This document shows positions 1-9,455 of a stretch of DNA of 64,000 nt, one piece after another. The position numbers were made by a program, and so were the translations under genes. Numbering within the stretch: position 1 is the stretch's first letter; each line of letters starts with the position of its first letter. The notes below the pieces were generated by a model. That model did no database searches and was not told the origin of the DNA. It saw only the letters and a program-made list of their open reading frames with translations. This stretch comes from an uncultured bacterium (GTDB lineage Bacteria; Fidelibacterota; Marinisomatia; Marinisomatales; JAHJCW01): positions 270,955-334,954 of the forward strand of contig CAVQSL010000015.1 of the NCBI GenBank assembly GCA_963715945.1, given 5' to 3'.

Positions 1-33
1 GTTGGAAACCAAATATTTAAATTCTTCACGCAT
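1..33 (-). CDS. unidentified gene, 5' end only (runs off the window)
   Basis: ATG at 33-31 lies 2 nt after the TAG (38-36) of the adaptor ORF. Only 11 codons (MREEFKYLVSN) are visible, so no product can be assigned. Confidence 0.2.
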   Translation of the reverse strand, partial: MREEFKYLVSN

Positions 34-35
34 TT

Positions 36-1085
36 CTAATTAATAAAATCCATAATCTGGTTAAACACTGAAGTTTTTCCAATATCAAACCTTCCTTTCA
101 CATATTGTCCAGGAAGGACATTTATTATCGGTTCCTCAATTTCAACAATTGTCAAAATGGTTGGTTTCCCTTTAAGTAATGTTATGTTTTTGTCAATAAT
201 TTTAACTAACCCGATCACTTTACTATGTCCAGGAAGTGTGATTTTGACTGACTGCCCCATGATAATAAAATCACATTTATCTAAAGGTACAGGGAAAATC
301 ACAACAAATCTGCTTTCACTACGTATTGATAAAATAGTTTCTAATAAATCGGGATATTCGACTATTCCATCAATAGGAGATATTAAAATACTATTATTGA
401 TTCGGTCATTAATTATTTTATGTTGTTCTTTTAAATTTTCAATCTTTTTTATTTGCAACTGAATCACTTCCGGTTTTAAGCCGATACTAACTGCATCTAA
501 ATGCGATTTAGCTATTTTAATATTATTTTCTGCTATTTGATATAAACTTTCTTGATATTCAAATTCCTCGTCTGATATTAAGCTATCGCTGTAAAGAGCT
601 AAATTCCGTTCAAATATACCTTTCTGATTATTAAATCTTGTAACAGATTGAATGTGCTCAAGCCTTGCTTCATCTATTAGGGGCTGTTTATCTCCTGATT
701 TAAACACTTTTAAATTTTGTTCTGCAGTTTCGAGTTCTCCCGCTATTGTTGATTTTAACATCAATAAATCATTCGATTCTATAGTACCCAGAGTATCACC
801 TTTATCAATGGTACTACCAACTTGCAGTTTTGGATTTAGATTAAGAATTGTTACGTCACCTCTTTCAAATGTTAAAATTCTATTGACACTGTTGCCAATC
901 TGTAAGCGATCATGATATTCTTGTGAATACACTTCAGGTGAATTTTTATTTAGATTCCACTCTTCCAGTGGGACTAATTTACCTTGGACAGTAATGTTAA
1001 ATGGTAGATTTATTTGTGAAACTAATAATAGGGCAAGGAGTAAAAGCACTAATGCAATATATTTGGTACTTTTTTTTAGATACAT
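36..1085 (-). CDS. HlyD-family periplasmic adaptor (membrane-fusion protein)
   Basis: 349-aa ORF. It has an N-terminal signal anchor (ALVLLLLALLLV), a lipoyl-like hairpin (GDTLGTIESNDL), a long coiled-coil centre and a C-terminal barrel segment (ISPIDGIV). Confidence 0.6.
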   Translation of the reverse strand: MYLKKSTKYIALVLLLLALLLVSQINLPFNITVQGKLVPLEEWNLNKNSPEVYSQEYHDRLQIGNSVNRILTFERGDVTILNLNPKLQVGSTIDKGDTLGTIESNDLLMLKSTIAGELETAEQNLKVFKSGDKQPLIDEARLEHIQSVTRFNNQKGIFERNLALYSDSLISDEEFEYQESLYQIAENNIKIAKSHLDAVSIGLKPEVIQLQIKKIENLKEQHKIINDRINNSILISPIDGIVEYPDLLETILSIRSESRFVVIFPVPLDKCDFIIMGQSVKITLPGHSKVIGLVKIIDKNITLLKGKPTILTIVEIEEPIINVLPGQYVKGRFDIGKTSVFNQIMDFIN

Positions 1086-1198
1086 TTTTAAAAATATAGT
1101 AGTTATTCTATTAAATCTTTATAGAATTTATTATTGAATTATTTAAAACTAGATTTGAATAAGGAAAGTTATTAAATAGTAAACTAACCTGCAATTAA

Positions 1199-3175
1199 AT
1201 GATTAAAAAAAGTAAATTAATTTTTTCGAATAATGCTAAAATCAGCATTTGTTTAATTCTTTTTGTTTTTTCTAAGGGTTTCGGCCAACTACCTTCTCTA
1301 GAAACAAAATTACCAATAGTAGTAATCAACACCTCAGGAAGAACAATAGTAGACGAACCTAAAATTGATGCTAGTATGGGTATCATTTATAATGGAGAGA
1401 ATGTTATAAATAAAAGTACTGATCAATTTAATAATTTTGATGGATTAATCGGCATTGAACTCCGCGGTGCATCATCCCAGTTATTGCCTAAAAATTCTTA
1501 TGCAATTGAAATCAGAGATCTGGATGGAAGCGATGCAAAAGCTTCTTTATTGTATATGCCTAGCGAGAGTGATTGGGTGTTATCGGGACCATATTCTGAT
1601 AAAACATTCTTAAGAAATGCAATTGCCTATAAACTTGCTAGGCAGGTTGGTAATTATGCCCCTCGAACAGAATTCTGCGAAGTAATTATAAATAACGAAT
1701 ATCTTGGAATATATCTTCTCATTGAAAAAATAACTCGCGATAATAATCGTGTAAATATATCAAAACTTCAGCCCGAAGATATAACTGGTAATGAATTAAC
1801 AGGTGGATATATTATAAAAATAGACAATATAGACGGTATAGAATCTGATGGTTGGTATTCTGCTTATCCTGCCATAGGAGTCACCGGAATAGGCCTTAAA
1901 TATCAGTATCACTACCCCAAAGCTTCTGATATTACAATAGAACAAAAACTGTATATTAAAAATTGGATATCGAAATTTGAAAATACTATGGCTAGTAATC
2001 AGCGGTATGATCAAAACCTAGGGTATTACAACCTAGTTGGTATGGAATCCATTGTTGATTATTTTATCATTAACGAAATTTGCAAGAATTACGATATGAG
2101 CTCGCGCAGTTTTTTCATGTATAAAAATAAGGATAGTCAAGACCCAAATCTGCACTTTGGACCAGTTTGGGATTTTGATCTGGCAATGGGCAATGCTTGG
2201 GATGAAAACGTTCGTTCTCCTGAAGGGTGGTACTCTGAAACATACTATCATCCGTGGGGTGCTCCACTTGGAAGACCATTTTGGTCCAAATTAATCTGGC
2301 AAGATAATAATTTTAAAAAACAATTTAAAGATCGAATAATATCAAAAAGAATTGGGACACTCTCTAATGCCAACATACTGTCCATAATTGATAATATGGC
2401 CAATGAGGTAGCTGAAGCTGCAAATAGAAATTTTAATCGGTGGCCCATTTTAGGAGTTAAGATTTGGCCAATGAACAATTATGATCATAATTTATATTTA
2501 TTTAATACATATAACGCGGAAATCAACTATTTAAAAGAATGGTTTAAGGAACGTTTAAATTGGATTGATACACAAATACCACCGGGAAAACCAAGTAATT
2601 TGACAGCTGTTTCTTATCAGGGTGGTATTTTATTACAATGGGGAAAAAATGCCGAAACGGACATCGCTTATTATAATATTTATAGAAATTCTGAACAAAA
2701 TTTTAATATAACAGGTCAATCAGATACTTTAGGTTACGTATCTAAAGATAAATCAACCTACTACGATGAAAATAATTTAGCAGTACACAAAACATATTAT
2801 TATAAAATTTCAGCAGTAGATAATTCAGGCAACGAGAGTTATTATTCTGATGAAATTTCTATTGCTACACTTGATGTTGAAGATATTAAAATAATAGACC
2901 GATTTAAATTGGAGCAAAATTATCCGAATCCCTTTAACCCGTCGACAATAATACACTATATCCTACCCGAAGAGACTGATGTTACGGTTTCTATATTTGA
3001 CATTCTTGGTAAAGAGGTGGTTCGGTTAGCATCATCAAAGCAACTACCAGGTAGTCATTCCGTCCAGTGGAATGGTATAGACAATCAAGGCAATCCTGTG
3101 GGTGCAGGGGTTTATATATATCAGCTTAAATCAAGTAATCATCTTGAAACAAAGAAAATGCTATTGTTGAGATAA
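1199..3175 (+). CDS. CotH kinase-family protein with FN3-like domain and T9SS C-terminal sorting domain
   Basis: 658-aa ORF with a signal peptide. CotH core motifs are present (LRNAIAYKLARQVGNYAPRTEFCEVIINNEYLGIYLLIEKITRDNNRVNISKL; GPVWDFDLAMGN). An FN3-like block follows (YYYKISAVDNSGNES), then a T9SS type-A tail (LEQNYPNPFNPSTII...GVYIYQLK...KKMLLLR). Confidence 0.8.
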   Translation: MIKKSKLIFSNNAKISICLILFVFSKGFGQLPSLETKLPIVVINTSGRTIVDEPKIDASMGIIYNGENVINKSTDQFNNFDGLIGIELRGASSQLLPKNSYAIEIRDLDGSDAKASLLYMPSESDWVLSGPYSDKTFLRNAIAYKLARQVGNYAPRTEFCEVIINNEYLGIYLLIEKITRDNNRVNISKLQPEDITGNELTGGYIIKIDNIDGIESDGWYSAYPAIGVTGIGLKYQYHYPKASDITIEQKLYIKNWISKFENTMASNQRYDQNLGYYNLVGMESIVDYFIINEICKNYDMSSRSFFMYKNKDSQDPNLHFGPVWDFDLAMGNAWDENVRSPEGWYSETYYHPWGAPLGRPFWSKLIWQDNNFKKQFKDRIISKRIGTLSNANILSIIDNMANEVAEAANRNFNRWPILGVKIWPMNNYDHNLYLFNTYNAEINYLKEWFKERLNWIDTQIPPGKPSNLTAVSYQGGILLQWGKNAETDIAYYNIYRNSEQNFNITGQSDTLGYVSKDKSTYYDENNLAVHKTYYYKISAVDNSGNESYYSDEISIATLDVEDIKIIDRFKLEQNYPNPFNPSTIIHYILPEETDVTVSIFDILGKEVVRLASSKQLPGSHSVQWNGIDNQGNPVGAGVYIYQLKSSNHLETKKMLLLR

Positions 3176-3311
3176 CGGCAATACAATAAAGCCAAATTTC
3201 CTGACAATAACGCAAGTAGCATTTAAGCCACCCGATCAAGGACCTCCTAATACCAGACACAAAAGAAGGCACAAGGCTGAAGAAACAGTTAATTTCTCTA
3301 TTTATATATTA

Positions 3312-3355
3312 AAGAAGAGCCGCTCTCACCATTGGGATTTTGAGCAGCTCTTCTT
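3312..3355. terminator. hairpin between convergent genes (probable bidirectional terminator)
   Basis: aagaagagc-cgctc (3312-3325) pairs with gagc-a-gctcttctt (3342-3355). It lies between the 3' ends of 1199..3175(+) and 3388..5886(-). Confidence 0.5.
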
Positions 3356-3387
3356 AATTACTTTCTATTCTTAATTATTTACAAGAT

Positions 3388-5886
3388 TTATTTAAACAAT
3401 TCATACATTATATTACCATTTCCGTAATTTTGATCAAATTGTAATAATTCTGCAGCTGTAGCGGATATATCAATTAATTCTCTCTTGACATTAGTAATTA
3501 ATCCATTCTTAAAGTCTGGCCCATAAGAATATAAATATATATGCCTACACCCTTCACAACTATCACCATGACCATAAAAACCATAAGGGATGCTATCTAC
3601 ATGTCTTCCATGATCGTTAGTTACAAACATTGTTGTTTTTCCCTTATAATTAGAATCATTGTTTATATAATTCCAAATTTGATAGATATATTCATCGGTA
3701 CTTCTTATTCCCTCCACATAATTTGCCCAGACTCCTGAGTGACCTGATTTATCCGGTTCTTGAAAATTGACAAGGACCAGGCGAGGGCGGTCATTCGATA
3801 AAACATCAATTACTTTATTATAAGTTTGGCCGTCATCCCTATTACCACCATAAATTCCACAACTGAGGGAAGGTATATACTTACCTTTCCAATCGTATTG
3901 TTGGCAGTCACCTAATACGTCTAATTTATGTTTACTAGTAATAACCCATGCCTTATTGCTTGTACTTGAATTTTCTTTGCGCCAGTATTGAAAAATCGAA
4001 GGATATTGCGGTAATTCATCACCCTCATTATTAATTACTTGATATATTCCAGTGGTAATACTAGTATGGCCGGAAGTAGTTTCAGTTGGACCATTATTAT
4101 AGAATTGGGTGCTTATGACTCCATAACTTGACATCCAGTCTAAACGAGGAATGTATTGATGACTGGGATCGCCCCAAGTTTCTGAATACCTTGCTCCATC
4201 CTGTACAACAATAATGACATTCTCAGTTTTATATCCTGTTTGTACATCTACATAGACAGCAGTTACTGATTTATCACCGTCCATATTAACCGTTGCGGGA
4301 TTAGCTGTACCTGTTAAATCACCTTCCCAATGATCAAATCCCCAGCCAGAATTAGGGGTTGCTATCAATCGGACCTGATCGCCAACATTATAGGTATTCT
4401 TATTGGGATCTTTTGTGATTGTTCCGCTTCCCGATACTTGCGTCGTCAAATAATATATTGGAACAAATACTGCTTCAATATTTTTATTGCCATTTATTGT
4501 CAAATTGTATGGATTTGTTGTTCCGGTAATATCTCCTTGCCATTTTTTAAACACCCAGCCTGTGGAGGGTTTGGCAGTAAGTTTAACAACCTCATTATAA
4601 TAATAGGTGCCTTTATTGGGATTTTTCTCAACCGAACCATTGCCCGTTATCGTAAAATTGACAGCGAAAGGAATTTTTACGAATACTGCTGTCACAGACT
4701 TATGACTGTCCATATTAACCGTTGCGGGATTAGCTGTACCTGTTAAATCACCTTCCCAATGATCAAATCCCCAGCCAGAATTAGGGGTTGCTGTCAATCG
4801 GACCTGATCGCCAACATTATAGGTATTCTTATTGGGATCTTTTGTGATTGTTCCGCTTCCCGATACTTGCGTCGTCAAATAATATATTGGAACAAATACT
4901 GCTTCAATATTTTTATTGCCATTTATTGTCAAATTGTATGGATTTGTTGTTCCGGTAATATCTCCTTGCCATTTTTTAAACACCCAGCCTGTGGAGGGTT
5001 TGGCAGTAAGTTTAACAACCTCATTATAATAATAGGTGCCTTTATTGGGATTTTTCTCAACCGAACCATTGCCCGTTATCGTAAAATTGACAGCGAAAGG
5101 AATTTTTACGAATACTGCTGTCACAGACTTATGACTGTCCATATTAACCGTTGCGGGATTAGCTGTACCTGTTAAATCACCTTCCCAATGATCAAATCCC
5201 CAGCCAGAATTAGGGGTTGCAAAAAGTCTAATATTTGACCCATGACCATAATCGGTCGTTTTACCTAGAACTATTTCTTCCGTTACATTTCCGTCCCCAA
5301 TTATTGATATAGATAATGGATATTGTAACAATTTAAATACTGCCGTCACAGACTTATGACCATCCATATTGATTGTTACGGGATTGTCTGTACCTGTTAA
5401 ATCACCTTCCCAATGATCAAATCCCCAGCCAGTGTCCGGGGTTGCAAAAAGTCTAATATTTGACCCATGACCATAATCGGTCGTTTTACCTAGAACTATT
5501 TCTTCCGTTACATTTCCGTCCCCAGTTGTTGAGACCGATAATGAATATGGTAACAATTTAAATACTGCAGTTATCGATAAATGACCATCCATCATTATCG
5601 TTGTTGGATTTTCTATACCTGTTAAATCGCCTTCCCAACGGTCAAATTTCAAGCCAGATTCTGATATGATTGCCGCAATACTTAATCTCTTTCCGTCTTT
5701 AATAAGTTTAGGGGTATCCAGGGTATCCACAACCGACCCATCGTCCAAAATTGCGATGTATCCACCATCAATATGTGATACAGCAGGAGTCAATACCCAT
5801 TCTTCAATTTTATCTTCACAGCTAATTACTAATAAACTGAAGAAAAACGCAAACATACCTGCAATTAATAAATATTTTTTTTTCAA
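3388..5886 (-). CDS. lipoprotein with about 8 InlB-B-repeat-like domains and a C-terminal alkaline-phosphatase/NPP-superfamily phosphoesterase domain
   Basis: 832-aa ORF with lipobox LLVISC|E. Repeated modules end in GWGFDHWEGDLTG..NP.T..MD..KSVTAVF. The C-terminal part carries NPP/AlkP-like motifs (ETTSGHTSITTG, EPDKSGHSG, VTNDHGRH). Confidence 0.65.
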   Translation of the reverse strand: MKKKYLLIAGMFAFFFSLLVISCEDKIEEWVLTPAVSHIDGGYIAILDDGSVVDTLDTPKLIKDGKRLSIAAIISESGLKFDRWEGDLTGIENPTTIMMDGHLSITAVFKLLPYSLSVSTTGDGNVTEEIVLGKTTDYGHGSNIRLFATPDTGWGFDHWEGDLTGTDNPVTINMDGHKSVTAVFKLLQYPLSISIIGDGNVTEEIVLGKTTDYGHGSNIRLFATPNSGWGFDHWEGDLTGTANPATVNMDSHKSVTAVFVKIPFAVNFTITGNGSVEKNPNKGTYYYNEVVKLTAKPSTGWVFKKWQGDITGTTNPYNLTINGNKNIEAVFVPIYYLTTQVSGSGTITKDPNKNTYNVGDQVRLTATPNSGWGFDHWEGDLTGTANPATVNMDSHKSVTAVFVKIPFAVNFTITGNGSVEKNPNKGTYYYNEVVKLTAKPSTGWVFKKWQGDITGTTNPYNLTINGNKNIEAVFVPIYYLTTQVSGSGTITKDPNKNTYNVGDQVRLIATPNSGWGFDHWEGDLTGTANPATVNMDGDKSVTAVYVDVQTGYKTENVIIVVQDGARYSETWGDPSHQYIPRLDWMSSYGVISTQFYNNGPTETTSGHTSITTGIYQVINNEGDELPQYPSIFQYWRKENSSTSNKAWVITSKHKLDVLGDCQQYDWKGKYIPSLSCGIYGGNRDDGQTYNKVIDVLSNDRPRLVLVNFQEPDKSGHSGVWANYVEGIRSTDEYIYQIWNYINNDSNYKGKTTMFVTNDHGRHVDSIPYGFYGHGDSCEGCRHIYLYSYGPDFKNGLITNVKRELIDISATAAELLQFDQNYGNGNIMYELFK
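4279..5220. repeat. near-identical tandem duplication, 429-bp unit, about 2.2 copies, inside the lipoprotein gene
   Basis: The string gtccatattaaccgttgcgggattagctgtacctgttaaatc recurs at 4279, 4708 and 5137. The antisense ORFs 4330..4746 and 4759..5175 differ by one residue. I saw a single substitution between the copies (gctatcaat versus gctgtcaat). Confidence 0.9.
5221..5670. repeat. older tandem repeat, 225-bp unit (2 copies), same gene
   Basis: aaaaagtctaatatttgacccatgaccataatcggtcgttttacctagaactatttcttccgttacatttccgtcccca occurs at 5221 and 5446. The copies diverge in their second halves. At the protein level each unit is 75 aa (GDGNVTEEIVLGKTTDYGHGSNIRLFATP...). Confidence 0.7.
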
Positions 5887-6152
5887 CTGGGCTCCTTAAT
5901 TATCAATGATTATGGTCGAAATATTTTTACTTTAAAATTTAAATACAAATTTACTTAAAGTAAAGGTTTAAATAAATCTATTACTATCGTCGTATTATTT
6001 AGCTATAAACCGGGCAATAAAATCGTGTTATGCGTGATCAAAGCTTTTATAGTTCGTTTAGATTAACAAATATGATACATTGACAGTCGCAACTTAAATA
6101 CTAAGCACCGACCTTTTGTTAACGGTAGACCTGATTTAATCAATAACAATTG

Positions 6153-6902
6153 TTATTGAAATGAATATTTATATAATCGGTTTCCATTTTCACTTACTAT
6201 GCATACAGTGTTAGAAACTATTGCAACACCCTCAGCTTTTGAATAGCCTGTATCATATATTTCTATTGCCCCCTGTTCTAAATTCCATAAAAATACTTTT
6301 TGATCCTCATCACTTAATATTATATAACTATCCTTTTCTTCAATGTAACAAATGGCAGAATAATCAGATGCGAAGTCTAAATAAAAGATATTTTTAATAG
6401 ATAAATTATCCAGATCAATTTCTATAATTGCACCGGGATTTTTCTCATTTAATAATATTAAATTATTTTTATTAATTGTTAATCCCTCTATTCTAATATC
6501 AACAAAAGTGCTTGGGAAAAAATCCAGATCTATTCTATTAAATGCAAATCCTTGTAAATCCAGATGTACTAACTGTAATAATGATTCTTCTGATACCCAG
6601 AGTGTAGAATCGTTGGGATTAAGGGTAATTCCCTCCAAATCATCTCCTTTATATTTAAGCGTCTCTATGATATTCCCATAAAAGTCAATTTTATGAACAT
6701 TTTCATTAGGAGAATCCGTTACAACATAAAGATATTCTGGTGAATTACCTGCTGTCAATCCAGATGGTTCATTTAATTTTAAGTCAATTGATTCAATTAG
6801 GGTAAGTTTATTTGATACAACACTATCATTTGAAACTGAATTACATGATAGAATTATTAACGCTATCAAAATTGTTAAATATTTATAAATCTTCGAATAC
6901 AT
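6153..6902 (-). CDS. SdiA-regulated/phytase-like beta-propeller lipoprotein
   Basis: 249-aa ORF with lipobox LIILSC|N. Motifs LNEPSGLT, DDLEGITL and LWVSEE resemble the SdiA-regulated (YjiK-like) family. Confidence 0.5.
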   Translation of the reverse strand: MYSKIYKYLTILIALIILSCNSVSNDSVVSNKLTLIESIDLKLNEPSGLTAGNSPEYLYVVTDSPNENVHKIDFYGNIIETLKYKGDDLEGITLNPNDSTLWVSEESLLQLVHLDLQGFAFNRIDLDFFPSTFVDIRIEGLTINKNNLILLNEKNPGAIIEIDLDNLSIKNIFYLDFASDYSAICYIEEKDSYIILSDEDQKVFLWNLEQGAIEIYDTGYSKAEGVAIVSNTVCIVSENGNRLYKYSFQ

Positions 6903-6908
6903 AAGTAA

Positions 6909-7142
6909 TTAATCTACCCTTATATTGTTGAATATATTTTTGGAATCTATTTCGAGTCTTGCTCCAATTTTTGCTGAGCTTAATTGCGATTGTGCAATTT
7001 TTACATCAGTTTCACTAATTTGAATTAAACTTTTTTGGATTTTAAGCTCTGGATCAGATATTAAGACATTTGGGGGGAAAGCACAGCTTCCTTTTAGGCT
7101 ATTATTTTGGTTCTTATATTTTTCGATTACCTGATTATACAT
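6909..7142 (-). pseudogene. remnant of a HlyD-type adaptor gene (coiled-coil segment only)
   Basis: The 77-aa ORF segment NVLISDPELKIQKSLIQISETDVKIAQSQLSSAKIGARLEIDSKNI aligns by eye with DSLISDEEFEYQESLYQIAENNIKIAKSHLDAVSIGLKPEVIQLQI of the 36..1085 product. It occupies the same position and orientation relative to a CotH gene. Confidence 0.4.
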
Positions 7143-7461
7143 TCGTTTTATTTCATTAATTACTGTGACAGGTTAGCGTAATAAAATTATTAATACAATA
7201 ATAAATTACCCCATTTTAGTATCGGGATAACACTAAGCTAAAGATTCTATCCCCATAGATTCGACTACAAAAATCAAGGCATAGCTTGCAAGAATACTTT
7301 CAGAAATGTAAATATTATTATGTAATTTAATGAGCTTATCTGCAAATATAAAAATAACTGAAACAGCAATGATTTAGTAATATTTTATATCGGACAAGTT
7401 CAATTAAAATTAATTTCTTTTGAAATATTTAATAATTGTATATATAGGGAATTGTAAATAA

Positions 7462-9447
7462 GTGCTAAAGGAAAATTCTAATTATACCGTTTACAAATTT
7501 ATTTTTATTCTACTTATTCCATTTATCGGAATTTCCCAAATCCCATACTTTGAGACAACACTTCCAATCATTATAATTAACACCAATGGTGTGAGTATTG
7601 TTGATGAACCCAAAATCAATGCCGCAATGGGTATTATTTACAATGGTACGGGAGAGGTTAATAAAACTACCGATTCATTTAACCATTACAATGGTAAAAT
7701 TGGTATTGAGATACGAGGAAATTCTTCACAAGCTTTTCCAAAAAAATCATATGCAGTAGAGACCAGAGATCAAAGTGGAGAAAATTTGGACGTATCTCTA
7801 CTGGGATTACCGAGCGACAATGATTGGGTACTATATGGCCCCTATAGTGATAAGACACTTATAAGAAATGCTATTGCTTACAAACTTGCCAGACAATTAG
7901 GGGAATATGCACCAAGAACAAAATTTTGTGAACTAATAATAAATAATGATTATATAGGACTTTACCTACTAATTGAAAAAATAAAACGTAGTGACAATCG
8001 AGTTAACATATCAAAATTAAAAGATACTGATATCTCTGACAATGAACTAACCGGAGGATATATCATAAAAATCGATAGATATGCCGGGACGGAAACTGGT
8101 GGTTGGGCTTCGAATTATCCACCTGAACTAGTTTCAGGTGTCGGACTTTGGTATCAGTATCATTATCCAAGTCAATCAGATATAATTCCTGAACAAAAGG
8201 AATATATTAAAAATTGGATCAGTAAATTTGAAAATACAATTTATGGCAACAATAAATATGATCAGAGTCTCGGATATTACAATTATTTAGATATGGATTC
8301 AGTAGTCGATTACTATGTGATTAATGAGATATGTAAAAATTATGATATATCTGTTGCAAGTTTTTTCCTATATAAAGACAAAGATAGCAAAGATCGACAT
8401 TTACATTTTGGACCGGTTTGGGATTTTAACTTAGCGATGGGCAATGCCTGGGATGAAGGTCCGCGCGCACCAAATGGATGGTATTCCGATTTTTACTTAC
8501 ATCCTTGGGGAGAACCTTTGGGCAGGCCTTTTTGGTCAAGATTAATTTGGGATGATGAATATTTTAGAAATTTGTTTAATTCAAGAATCAAATCTCTGAG
8601 GTCTGGCGCATTATCCTATTCATTCATAAATAATGTGATTAATGGAATGGTTAATGAAATTTCTGGTGCAGTAGATAGGAACTTCACTAGGTGGCCAATA
8701 TTAGGTACCGCAGTATGGCCAATGAATTATTATAATCACAACCTATATGTATTTGATACCCATGAAGAGGAAATTGATTATTTAAAACGGTGGTTTAAAG
8801 ATCGATTAACTTGGATTGACTCAGAAATTGGTACGGGTGGTGGTAATGTTGATCTAACGGGCCCTGCAATACCAACAAATTTCACTGCAATTAGTTACAA
8901 TGGATATGTGTTGTTATCATGGGATCCAAATAGTGAGGATGATATTTGGTCATATTCAATTTTCAGAGGAACTATTGATAATGGATGGAAAGATTTATTG
9001 ACAAATCCACCATTAGATAAGAGTATTACAAATTTTATGGATACTTCAATAGTGGCAAATACTACCTATTATTATCAGATTGCGGCACGAGATCAGTCAA
9101 ATAATCCAAGCCCAAGAAGTTCACAAATAAGTGCAACTACATTAAAGTTGCATAGTGAGGATTTGATTGGCAATTACTCCCTGAAACAGAATGCACCAAA
9201 TCCATTCAATTCAATTACAAGTATTATTTATTCAATATCAAATGAAGTCCCGGTTAATATTACTATTTTTGATTTATTTGGCAAAAAAATCAATATACTA
9301 ATAAATACAAATCAAGTCCCGGGTGAGTATTCAATAACTTGGGATGGAAATGACAGCAGAGGATGTTCAGTCAGTTCAGGTATATATCTTTATATGATTA
9401 GTGCTGGGGAATATCGACAAACAAGAAAAATGTTGTTACTTAAATAA
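7462..9447 (+). CDS. CotH kinase-family protein (paralog 2) with FN3-like domain and T9SS C-terminal sorting domain
   Basis: 661-aa ORF with a GTG start, collinear with 1199..3175 at roughly 60 percent identity by eye. Shared motifs include IRNAIAYKLARQLGEYAPRTKFCELIINNDYIGLYLLIEKIKRSDNRVNISKL and GPVWDFNLAMGN. The tail is LKQNAPNPFNSITSI...GIYLYMI...RKMLLLK. Confidence 0.8.
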   Translation: MLKENSNYTVYKFIFILLIPFIGISQIPYFETTLPIIIINTNGVSIVDEPKINAAMGIIYNGTGEVNKTTDSFNHYNGKIGIEIRGNSSQAFPKKSYAVETRDQSGENLDVSLLGLPSDNDWVLYGPYSDKTLIRNAIAYKLARQLGEYAPRTKFCELIINNDYIGLYLLIEKIKRSDNRVNISKLKDTDISDNELTGGYIIKIDRYAGTETGGWASNYPPELVSGVGLWYQYHYPSQSDIIPEQKEYIKNWISKFENTIYGNNKYDQSLGYYNYLDMDSVVDYYVINEICKNYDISVASFFLYKDKDSKDRHLHFGPVWDFNLAMGNAWDEGPRAPNGWYSDFYLHPWGEPLGRPFWSRLIWDDEYFRNLFNSRIKSLRSGALSYSFINNVINGMVNEISGAVDRNFTRWPILGTAVWPMNYYNHNLYVFDTHEEEIDYLKRWFKDRLTWIDSEIGTGGGNVDLTGPAIPTNFTAISYNGYVLLSWDPNSEDDIWSYSIFRGTIDNGWKDLLTNPPLDKSITNFMDTSIVANTTYYYQIAARDQSNNPSPRSSQISATTLKLHSEDLIGNYSLKQNAPNPFNSITSIIYSISNEVPVNITIFDLFGKKINILINTNQVPGEYSITWDGNDSRGCSVSSGIYLYMISAGEYRQTRKMLLLK

Positions 9448-9455
9448 TTGTACTT

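Noticed and set aside
3176-3311. An unusually A/C-rich 135-bp spacer after CotH 1, considered as a possible small RNA or gene remnant.
   Set aside because: It has no convincing ORF, no stable structure apart from the terminator hairpin that follows, and no motif I can name. The evidence is insufficient.
4330-5175. Two nearly identical 138-aa plus-strand ORFs (4330..4746 and 4759..5175) that look like duplicated genes.
   Set aside because: They are antisense shadows of the 429-bp tandem repeat inside the 832-aa minus-strand lipoprotein gene. Their sequences are low-complexity and Cys/Ile-rich with no recognisable motif.
4279-5670. A possible CRISPR array or mobile-element repeat.
   Set aside because: The repeat units (429 and 225 bp) are contiguous with no unique spacers, and they are in frame within a coding sequence. 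I saw no short 25-40 bp direct repeats with spacers anywhere in the window.
6903-7142. Read-through fusion of ORF 6909..7142 with ORF 6153..6902, which are in the same frame and separated by TAA plus two codons.
   Set aside because: The two parts belong to unrelated families, an adaptor coiled-coil remnant and a propeller lipoprotein that has its own signal peptide. The shared frame is taken as coincidence.
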